Shown here piece after piece: positions 25,136 through 36,027 of a stretch of DNA of 64,000 nucleotides. Source of the stretch: Gonapodya sp. JEL0774 (lineage: Eukaryota); contig JADIIX010000001.1 of NCBI GenBank assembly GCA_027604505.1, positions 248,001-312,000 of the forward strand, given 5' to 3'. Both the position numbers and the translations under genes were made by a program. The first letter of the stretch is position 1. Each line of letters starts with the position of its first letter. Under the pieces are notes generated by a model. It saw nothing but the letters and a program-made list of their open reading frames with translations, was not told the DNA's origin and made no database searches.

Positions 25136-25963
25136 TCAGTCCTTCTTTACGGTTTTCAGTATTGATGGATGTAGGTTTTCGATAGACGTCGGCGAAGGAG
25201 CATGACTAGAGAGTCTAGATGGTAGAGTTGTAGATCGACGTATCATTTTGGGGGAAGAGGAAAGGGATGAGTGTGCAGTGGTACTCTGAAGAAGTACCAC
25301 CGACGAAGTGCAGTCGATTCCCTGCGTGAGCATTGCATCTCGTGCATGTATATGAGCATACACTTCGCTTACGGCGGTTAATTCGATGTCGGACTTCCAG
25401 GTTCCTGCTCTCATATCTGCGACGTTGGCTGTGTTCATTTCGATAAGTTCGATAATATCGACTGTCGACATTCGGTTGTTGCCGTTTCTCTGCATTTTGC
25501 TCCAAATTGCTTCAAAGTTTCTGGTTGCCTGGAGTAAAATCTGTACGAGGGCATCGTCGCAGGACATCCCCTGCGAGATGAGCAAGTCCCCATAGTACGC
25601 ACTTCCTGTTGCACTGAATGCAACGTCGAGCGCAGAAGGGTACATGTTTTCCTTGAGAACACTAAAATTGTGGTCCACAGGGGGATTTTTATCCCCGCGC
25701 TGTGGGCGGAATATTGGAGTAGGACTGAGTGCGGTAACCACGCAGCTCCTGAAAAATGTTTCAAGTCTTACTCCAAAAACGCGAAAGACTTACATCAACG
25801 CAAGATTGATGATAAACGGAGAAAGTGACGGGTCTGTGCGCTAGTCAGGGAAGGATCATGAGGCGGAGGCTTCTCGTGGGGTACACGCCATTGAACAGGT
25901 GGGCCCAGTGCTCACCGTCACAGGGAAACGTGAACATCTGGTTGGACACAATCTCCAGTGCAT
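25136..25963 (-). CDS. Hypothetical protein, about 235 aa
   Basis: A 201-aa ORF extends through in-phase exons (RTDPSLSPFIINLALM|SCVVTALSP) with GTAAGT/GTGAGC donors; start uncertain. Confidence 0.5.
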
Positions 25964-26048
25964 TGGGCGGGGGTCAAGCTCTTTTTAAATCAAGCGCTTT
26001 CTCTCCTCCAAACTACATGTCTGTATATACACATATGTACATGATGAT

Positions 26049-29000
26049 TCAGATATTCTGAAAAAGCAAGGGCTGTTGAATACCCAATAGATCAAGATTC
26101 CCGTACTCCGAAAGGGAAGGCACGCTTGACTGCACACCCACCCACAAGTGCCGAGTGGTAATCTGCCCAAAGAGAGGGAATGCTAACAATTCATGAAAAG
26201 AACACAACATCAGGACCCACCTTGCCGTTCTCCAGATCCTCTCGCAAGCATGCCATGGCTGCTTCCCGTACCACATTCTCTATATCGGCTCCTGCATTGA
26301 CACGATCCATCAGCCGATATTGCGAAAGAGAGAAAACCCCACGATCTACCAACCAGAGAAACCGTTACACTTGCATGCCACATCGAACATGTCGGCCTCG
26401 CTCACGTCTGCAGGGATGCCAGCAAGGTTTCCCTTGAGTATCGCAAGGCGAGCCTGCACCAAATAAAGTTTAAATCAATATGTCATCGGATAACCGATAC
26501 CGACGTGGCTACATTGACATCTCACCTCAATATTCGGGGCTTGCAACTGGACGTGGTGGTCAAAACGCCCAGGCCGTAAAAGAGCAGGATCAACAGCAGA
26601 TGGCCGCGAAGTCGCTAATTTATCGCCAAAATTGGATTTCTAGGTTCAACGTGAGCCCCAACAGATGGAGCAAACTCACTCGCGATCACAATAACACCCT
26701 GCCCCGCGGACTTCCGAGACCTCTCCGCAACCATATCAAGCTCCGCCACAAGAGCCGCCACTACGCGCTCTGATACTCCCGAAGTTCCAGATTCTGATCC
26801 ACCGCGGCGAGGAGCAATGACGTCCAACTGTCAGAGGAGCCACGATCGTTTAACCATGATATAACTCCAGATATGCGCACACCGGCACGGGACTTACTTG
26901 ATCCATTATTACCACCCACCCACCCCCTGCCACACCTTCAAATACCTTCTTCACCCTCGCTTCCGCTTCCCCGACCACTCTCCCCATGACACCGGCCCCA
27001 TCCAGGACAACCGAATGCCATCCCGTCGAACGTGCGATTGTCGCGGCAAGGAGGGTCTTGCCGGTCCCTGGGGGACCAGAAATCAGCAAACCGGTGGGAG
27101 GTGGAAGGTGAGGAGTCGGATACAGAAGGGGCAGAAGGACGGAGCTCTGGAGCCGGTTTGGCGGACAGCGTGGACAGAGGCATCGAGACTTGGTCTCTGG
27201 ACGATTCATACGACAGCACAGTACTCACCTCTATCTGGTCCCTCACGTCATCTATCCCAAAAAGCTTGTCCCAGCCCCCTTCGGGCACATTTACGGTAAG
27301 ACCTTCAGCAGCTCCTGCAAGGAGCGCCGGCCTTGCATCGGAGATAGCGTCATCAATTACTCGAAGCCAGATCTAACATGGGTGCTGTCAGCTGGCCCTT
27401 CATCTCAATCAATTTGAACAAAACTATTCACCTCTCTTTCATCAATTGCTGGGGCGTCCTTCCTAATGCCAGAAACTCTGGTTGCAGCTCTACCAACGCA
27501 AGCCACAAGGTCCCCAGCCACAAATCCGCGTGTTCGACGGGACGCGTAAGATGCTATTCGGTTGTGGAGATGGGTAGGAAGTAGGTCTGACGGGAGGTCT
27601 GCAGAGGATGTAGATGAAGTTAGTGAGATGAAGAGAGCTTCCTCGGAATTGATGCAATGTCTTTTTACAGGCGAGCGCATCCATCAGGGCAGCTGTCCTG
27701 CCTTGCTCGTCCAAAGCTGGCAGTTCAACTCTTTCGTGAAGTCTCCCTAGACGAACCAGTGACTGGGGTAGAGAAGTCGGTGGAAGTGGAGAAATAGCTT
27801 GACGAAGCGACGCGCGGGTGGTGGTTATTGGAGTTTTGCCAGTGGGAACACGGAGGAAGACAACCATAGATCAACACACCGATAAAGTAAACATTCTCAA
27901 AGCGTGAGTCGTCAATTGCATCGAGTAGAACGGCAAGGAGTGAGTTGGACGGATCTGAAAACACACCGTGGATAAGAAATGGACCGATGTCAGGAACGTA
28001 TTCAGCATGCGGTTTGTGCTTCATCCCATTGGGCTGGCATACCATTCCTGCTATAACCACCAGAAGAGACAATTAGCGCGTCGGCATTATCAAGAACTAC
28101 TAATCCTTTGACATTGCGTACGCTAGCGAGGAGGCGATGGAGAGCGGGCGCAGGAGACCCTAGGAGGGAGTTGAGAAGTGGATGTGTTACAAACGGACTC
28201 ATTTGTGACATAAATCAATTGAGAATATCCGTACCTTCGTCTGCCACAATCTTTGCCAAGTCAAAGAATGCGACGGCACTGTGACTTGAGCCATGTGCAG
28301 ACTTGACAGCGTGAACGAGCGCCTTTGCCAACCTCGATTTACCTGACCTCGATGCACCCCAAAGGATGCAGCCTCGCGGTGGCACAATTTGAGATTGAGA
28401 CACGGAAGGGAACGAGCGGCAGCGGATAAATGACCACGCAAGGTTGGCAAGAGTCCAAGAAGCGCGTGGAATTGCGGGGCACGCGGTGAGTAGCGAGGAT
28501 AGGTAGGGGTTCTCCCGCGGGGCACTTTCTGCGTCAGCTACTAGTGAGCTTGGTGGTGAAACACCGAGAGTGACTTTGGTGGACTCGACAATTCTCGCCA
28601 CGCGAGCATCATTCCTTGCGCTTTCCGGAGAACCCTCTGTTCCGAGCATCCCAGTAGCGTCCTGGATGTTGGGGGAGTGAGTGACAATGCGAGACACCGT
28701 CCAACCAGCTGCAGAGGTTGCGCCACAGACGGCGACTTGACCTATGAGAACAGCTGCGAGGAGGGAGTGATCTTGAGTAAAGGGGAGCATCCGGTTCGTG
28801 AAAGATTGGCCAGAAAAGGAGGGCGAAGTGAGATGAATAGAATAGGCCGGTGGAATGGCGGACTATGGGTTCGATAAATCAGAAACAGTGATTGCAATAG
28901 CGAAGAAGGGGTGTCTCTTGTGGAACCTTCCGGATCACAAAATGGTGGTTGCGTGATAGGATAAACACCGCTCAACTCACGCGCAAGAAGTGTTCACGAA

Positions 29001-29433
29001 CGACCACTGAAATTGGTGGTACGGTAGTGGTGCTGAGTTCAAGGCCGAGTGTCTGTTCCAGGTTCCGGATCAGTGAGTCGGAGGCCGCGACCTCGATTCC
29101 TCGTGGTTGAGCAACTGCATGGCTATCGTCAGCAAGAACAGTGACTTTCAGGCAGTTCTCGGGCACTTCTTCCAGGGACAAACAGGTTTTCACAGTGGCC
29201 AGCACTGTCGACTGGGATACTGAAACATCGGATGGGGCAGATTGTGATTGGACCGATATGTGAACTATGTCGCCGGATCGAAGTACAGTACGTGTAAGCG
29301 TAGAAGTAATAGTGCTGTTTGGTTGATGAGGCGCCTGAGTTTTGGCAAACCACAGAGATGGCGGGGTTGGAAGAAGATGGTGACAATCCACTGAACACCA
29401 GAGGCAACCAAGGTTGTTCAGAGAAATGGTCAT
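26049..29433 (-). CDS. Double-AAA-domain ATPase-like protein of the CDC48/AFG2/PEX1-6 group, with degenerate Walker B motifs
   Basis: D1: GCILWGASRSGKS, LVVLDNADAL, LVRLGRL. D2: GLLISGPPGTGKT, VVGEAEARVKKVFE, VVIMDQ|LDVIAP, ATSRPSAVDPALLRPGRFD, SGADIENVVREAAMACLRE. Confidence 0.88.
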
Positions 29434-29680
29434 CGCACATTCATGATTTGATCGATTTTTTATTTCATGAATTCATTCGAAATGGACAATAACCCGCTTT
29501 TGAGATTGGCTTCGGAGTTCCAGATTGAGAACATGGAGCTGATTTTCACCTCCAATTCCTCCATCCTTTGTCGCAACATCGTCAACAGATTTGAATCGAC
29601 TGTGTTCTCGCCAGCCTCGCGCCATCGCGGGTTCCACGCTTGTGGAACAAGTGGAAGTAAATTGCTGGTTTGTCAACCAT

Positions 29681-32339
29681 ATGAACCACCCGAGGCCTTC
29701 CGTTGAGCAGTGCCCGTGCAACAACCCTGCAATGACTACCCGATTTCGTGCAAATATCGCATCAACACTATCGTCGGTGGTGGTTCCCACTCCTACTCAA
29801 CTCATTAGCTCAGCGGCATCATGGCTTCAATCACAGGCCGCTCGCTCGGGAGGGTCCTTACCCGACGCGGGCTCTGGTGGAGACGGAAGAGAAAGGCGAA
29901 GGGACGGGTACTCAACAGGATATGCTGGCGCGGGTACTACATACGGGGATTCGACCATGGTTTCCAACTGGGGTCCGTTTGTTGACCCAGACCTGTTTCA
30001 GTTGTGGCTGCGGGGTTTATCTGGTGAGCAGCTCCTCCTCCCAGTTTGAGCATGTAATTACTCATTTAATCAGAGTCTCAACGTCACCAAACGTGACTCG
30101 AATTTTCTTTCCAGTTGAGGAATCCGTCGAGTTTATACTGACCATCATTAACAAACCGGTCCGACCGGCGATTCTGGGCAATTGGGTGGTCGACAACTTC
30201 CGCACAGCCGCCATGCTCGAGCAAATGTTTTTTCAGCGACCGGACTTCTTTGTTCCTGAGGGCAGCCAAGGTCTCTGTCCCCTCCCCATAGAGCTCCGCG
30301 CAATGATGGTCGACCAGTGAGTTTTATGCGGCGGGAGCATGCACGAAGTCCTTCCCCGAATGAAACCTGTCCGAGGCCCATCACTAGTTCTAAATCGATG
30401 TGGTGGTGTGAATTTGCATACCAGTATTCAGGAACGGTGCACAGCCTCTGCTTTATGGGGCAACAAACACTGCTAGACCATGTCCGGAGAGTCTCACATC
30501 TGCCACCCACTTTGGAAAAAGCAAAAGATGTTACATTACTATTGGACTCGTTTGGGCCTTTAACAGGCATTCTGTGCGCGAATACTGCCAGGAAACGTTG
30601 CGTTCATCTATCTGTGCACTGAATGTGCTTTCTTCACGATCCAGATACTACTCCTTCGATCCGCGTATCATGCGCGCACTCCTGGGTAAAAAAATTAACT
30701 CTCGCACCCGCAAAGACCTTGAAGACATGGCTGACACCTCATCGGCATCCTTGAAGTCTGCCACTCGGCGCACTCTACTCCTCGACGGGGGTGCCGCGTC
30801 GGGTTTGGGACCCCTTCGCGTTGCTGGGTGTCGGAGAGTGTTTGATAATTTGAAAAGAGTGACGAGGAGGGTGGAGGACACTGACGGGGACTTAGTTGTC
30901 GCCGTGGAATCGGCATTTTGTCTGAGAAAGGAACTCGCAACGTGAGTTATAAAGGTGTCATCTGGGCTTATTCACCTACATTCCACAGAACCGTGATTCA
31001 TGTCGCCTATTTTTCTAGTCAATATGCTCTGATTATCTTCCTGAACGCCCTGCGCATCGACACCTCGAAAAAGAAACTCGCACACCTATCTTTCTTTGAT
31101 ATATTGTCTGCCGCGGCGGTACTCAACGTCCGATGGTGCGCACCCGCCGGTGGCCGAGCCGCGTGGGTCAAACAGAGTGCGGGAAGTGACAGTGGTGCTG
31201 TCCTCGCAGCGTCCATGAAAGGGCAAACGGCATCGTCACTTCCTCGGGGAGGGTCTTTCCCCGCTGAAGCGTCCAATCGCTCATCTGCGCAGGTCCCTCA
31301 ACGTCGTGGTACTGCGACGGTAGTGTCACCTCAAGCAGCGTTGGCCTTCTATCCTTCCATGGTCACGAACGTGGACTCGTTCGACGTTACGGTGGCTCAA
31401 GACTGTAGGGACTTGCGAACGGTTTTTGCAAATGCAAAGGCTGAAGTGTGGGAGGAGATGCGCGGGGCAGTTGGAAGAAGGCTGAGAGGTGGAGAGAGAA
31501 ATGGGGTGGAGCAGGAAGCAGTGGAGACCGAGGGAGGTGGAGGGTCACGGCACCTTGGGTCGCTTCAGTCGGTAGGAGGGACCAGTGCCGCTTCCAGCCA
31601 GATGCCGTCGGAGCAGCTGCTGTCGCCACCTCCCGGAACTACAATTGGAGGGATTGGCGCCGGGGAGCAAGATTTTGGTGGGTCGATTGGGGTAATATCT
31701 GGAGCATCGCAGTTTCAAGCTGTTCCAGAGACGAGGGGAGGGCCTCAACCATCTTCGCCCTTACCTCGCGCGATCGCAAGCAGACCAGGCTCGTCGAGAC
31801 CAGCTACTCCGTCGGTTGTGTCAGCGTCCTTAGCCGGCACCTCCACAGGAGGGGCACCGGTTGTCATTCCTTCTGCACCCGTGCTCCGGTCCCTCGTTCG
31901 CGCCATCTTATTGCTTGGCTCCACACTCTCTTCTGCTGATGCGCGTGACGTTTTGCTCACCTTGGTAGAAAAGGTATGCGAACCGGCCATTGTAGCAGGT
32001 ATGAGCCCACGCGATGTACGTTTGGTGCTCCATGCTGCGGGAGAGGTTATGGAAGGGATGGAGACAGTGCAGGCACAGTACAGGAAAAGGTACGGTGGCA
32101 CATGGAGGAGAATCGTGGGAGGGGCAGGTGAGGTGGTTGGACACTTATGGAGGAAAGTGGGGGGATCAGGTAGTGAAGCATTAGTGTCAGGGTCTTTCGG
32201 TGGATCCTCAGTGGGTGTGCACGGCGGTGGTGGGGCTGTTGCTGATCCTTTGCAAAGTGTGTACGGGGGGCGCGGAGAGGGCGGAATTGGAGAGTCTGTG
32301 GGGTCAACAGAGGTGTTATCAACAACAACAGAAAGATGA
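29681..32339 (+). CDS. FIBP: FGF1 intracellular binding protein homologue
   Basis: VDPDLFQLWLRGLS, DNFRTAAMLEQ, YYSFDPRIMRALLGKKINSRTRKDLEDM, CRRVFDNLKRVTRRVED, YALIIFLNALRIDTSKKKLAHLSFFD are collinear with remembered animal FIBP motifs. Start is 29681 or 29732. Confidence 0.88.
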
Positions 32340-33069
32340 ACCCAAAAATAATGCAAGAAGTAGTTTCGCATCCCGCGTAATTCAAGAATTGTCGCAAATG
32401 GTAATCACACCTCTTTGAATGTAACTACGTCCCGCTTAATTAAGCTTCGAACAGTGATTTTTCACCAGCAGTTGAGTGTAGTTATGTCAGCTGCTTACAT
32501 AAGTAAACTGTGTTTTCTGTGTGTCTACATATGGATGTGCAAATACCTTTGAGATGAACCTCGGAGGGTGGTGGCACACCACTCGACCCAGAGAGCAGCC
32601 CGATTCATTTGAGGCCATCCGAAACAAGGAAGGCTGCTCCGAGCAAAGTATTTATAGATATACCGTGGTTGAAGCCAGAAGAGGTGCCCGAGCCATCACC
32701 CCGGAGCTTCAACATCGAAAACCAAATATTTTGGAATTTCGACATGTTCGTTACTCATTTTGAGAAAGGCATGGGGTATTGAAAATAAATGCGTAAACCG
32801 GAAATCACTTATTCGGTGTCCGTTCGATCATCGTACAAATTAAGCTTAATTCAGCATAATTGCGGAAACTGTAACCGCCCAAAAAGTAGTCTAACATACT
32901 CAGTGATGAGCGAGCTCCCTCAGGTTGTTTCGGGAAAACGTCGCTCCAACCTCACACATATAAGTACAAACACACAATAACAGACATACCTCCTGGCTTT
33001 GGAACGGAGAAGAAGGGGAAACGACAGTGTTTTCATTGAGAAGAACCACGAGACAAGAGTCCAGGAGAT

Positions 33070-34926
33070 ATGGGAGCACAGCGATTGGGGGTTCCAATCA
33101 TTTCAAGCGACGCCGGGGTTTGTTATGAGAGAGATCTCCTTCACAGTAGTGGCAATAGTCGAAAGAGAGCAACGAGAGGTTCACGATCCTGCCTCACTGG
33201 CATCGCTGTCTTTGCCCTCGGCGCACTTGCCACACCCGTACTGGCTGCAATCCCCGCTTCGGATCCCATCCCTGCCTTCAATTCAACCCAGGCTTTCACA
33301 TGCACACTCATAGAGTCAGCGGATAGTATATGTGGTCCGTGGAAAGGCTTTAGAGTACCCGTCGGGAGGAACACTTCGGAGCGCTTGGGTGGGGCCTTGT
33401 ACAAATTTGAGTGGGTTCGAAACTGAAGCGTCAAACTTTGAACGAATTATGAGCTTGAAGTCACCTACCCATCACAATAAGCGACGAAATTTTAGAATGG
33501 GCAGTTGGGCCAACTGGAATCGCGGACTTTAACACAGTGTACGGTTGTGGGTGAGTTGGCTTCGGTGCCTGATCCCACTTGGACGTGGCCTTTCGGGCAA
33601 TCTACTAGCCATACCACGTTAAAATCACGTGGCATCATTGTACAACGTATTCGAGTTGACCTTGAGCGGCGGAGTGCTTGGTCGTTGGGTTCCCGAATAG
33701 GTGCTTACGGTGTTTTTACTTGTCCTCCCTCTTCCCGCCCCTGAATCACCTTAGGTGGGACGGTGCTGGCCTCCGTTATCACCTCACTTACGGGTGCGCT
33801 GTTGCGGTGGTACAGAACTCTCAATGTCAGAGTTGGGCAACTCCAGTGAGTTGAACATGATTATAGCGAGAGAACGAAGCTTGAGTGATCTCAGGGGTGT
33901 CAGAAAGAAGGAGGGAGATAGAATGCACAATTACCATTCTGGTATACCTGCCCGTTCACAGAACCGTCGAGGGATGGTGGACTGAGTTGATCAATTACAT
34001 TTCTTGACCTCCTTGGTATCTTCTCACAGCTTCTCTGCAAGTCTACCTGCCTCCTCTATCTCTCCTCCCTCCAGCTTATTCTCTCCCTCCAGCACATTTG
34101 CCCGCCACTTGGATCTTCCATACCATCTTCGTCTCCTCTTCCCACGGTTGTTACAAAGACGCAGATTGACGCGCGCAGAGATGTTTTAGCAGACGTGCAA
34201 GCACGATGTGCCATGAAAGGCACCCTCACTCAAGACGGAGGGGGTTGTGCCGGACAAGTTGCTCTGGAGGGGAGCAGGTGTGGTAAGTGACCGTACACTG
34301 TTTCTTAGCGGTCCGCATGATGAGGACGGCACACTATATTCTCAAACCTCCCCAAACGTCTCGTCCTCACAGGCTTCTTATCGTTTGCCGTCGCTCTATT
34401 TTTCTGCCGCCTTTTCCCATCCGCCAATCTCCCCGCCTGCTGCACCGCCCTTCGCTCTGACCTTCCCTCCTATGGCCCCAAATTATCTCCCGCGGACTCA
34501 TCGGTCTTGCCCCTGTTCCTCCAAGGGAGTGAAACAAGTGACTTCGCGGTGATGGCTGACATCCCACCGCAGATGGGGGGTTTGACGCCTCCAGTCTTTG
34601 CGACTATTGCGGTTGTTGGCGGGTTAGTGAGTTTGCTGGTTGTAGCGACTGTCGTGTGGCGCAAGAGGGTAAAAGGATTATGGGAGAGGCTAGGGATATC
34701 TGGCATGACTTGGGCAGGGCGGAGAAGGGTGGCAAGGCGAAAATCGGGGTTCGGTATGACAGGTGGCTTGGGTGGAGGAGCGTTGAATGGAACGTACGCC
34801 GATGCCGGAATGTCGGATTTCGGGAAGAGGGGCTACGTGGAAATGGACGGGGGATACAAAGGTGGGATGGACATGAGCGGGAGGGAAGCGCCCGTGAGGG
34901 GAAACGGACTGCCGCGTCCAGCATGA
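33070..34926 (+). CDS. Type I single-pass membrane protein with a Cys-rich Frizzled-like ectodomain
   Basis: Signal-like segment (LTGIAVFALGALATPVLAA); spliced ectodomain FNTVYGCG|WDGAGLRYHLTYGCAVAVVQNSQC..|LLCKSTC..ICP..EGSRCG|FLSFAVALFFC..ACC; TM TIAVVGGLVSLLVVATVVW followed by RKR. Confidence 0.75.
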
Positions 34927-35253
34927 CTGGAAACAGAGATACCTTTGGAACGGCGCACCTTGATAGCATTGGACATAATTGACATTTCGAGCTTCTTTGT
35001 TGGTGTCCTCGAGTCCTGGGATTCAGCCGCAGTGCATCTAATTGCTCTGTGCAAGCATCGACTTTAATCGTAATTGGTGGAAGACAATTTACACATCATT
35101 ATTGAGTGGCTTAGAGTCGCTTGCTGGTAAAGAAGGCCTGACCCGTTGGACGTAATCCTTAATTGGACATAATTAATTTGGGGATGGTTGTGTGTGATGC
35201 ACAGACGTAAAACGATGAGGTGTGCCTTCCTTATAAAACAACATTCACGACCA

Positions 35254-35649
35254 ATGAGCACTCTATCCGGTTCGGACTCAGACCACGTATCCGAAACGGA
35301 TCCTCTGGACGCCTTTCCACCTTTGCTTCCGCCATCACTCTCTACCAGAAACCAAACCAGTCCACCCCCGCTTTCTCCAGACCCGGCTTCGGACCTTCCC
35401 CCTGGATGCAAACTGTACCAGATGGTGCAATATTCTTGCACGCTTGAGGGTGGCAACAAAGCCGTGTGCTTTCCGATAAAGAGGGTTTTTCGACAGTGAG
35501 TTTTGCATGTCGCATAAGACAATTATGATTGCAATGCGAACTCGGTAACCGATTGCAAGGATAATGGTGATTGAATTAGATGCTACGAAGGCCCGTACGT
35601 GGAGGTGACTCCAATGGTCGCCCCTCCTGACTTCCCCCGGTTTCGGTGA
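35254..35649 (+). CDS. SOM1: Som1-like mitochondrial inner-membrane peptidase accessory subunit
   Basis: Two exons (intron ~35496-35579): CKLYQMVQYSCTLEGGNKAVCFPIKRVFRQ|CYEGPYVEVT matches the Som1 C....QY.C...C.P..R.F..C....EVT pattern. Confidence 0.72.
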
Positions 35650-36027
35650 CAGTGGATCAGTAGTTGCCTGCTCGGTACCCGATCTCTGTTTCTCCTCCTC
35701 TGCGATCACTGTGTATGGGATATTGGAAGGAGCGACCTTGAGGGTCAATGGTACATAGCATGGATCGTTGTCCTGGTTCAGAATGGACACCAGGAGTCCC
35801 CCTATCATGCCCTACTACATACCACAACCACGAAGTAAGGTACTTCATAATGCCAGCGCACAAGAATCGGAGATTGAAGCTCCTTGTCAAACACTGTCTA
35901 TCAGGCAAATGATTTTGGTGAAACGGTGTATTTATAGAAGGCGCCATTCGCCATTTCAGCGCAAGAATGTTTCATTCGTGTGTGTAAAAACTTTCCAGTC
36001 GGTCCATATTTCTCAACCTGCCCTCCC

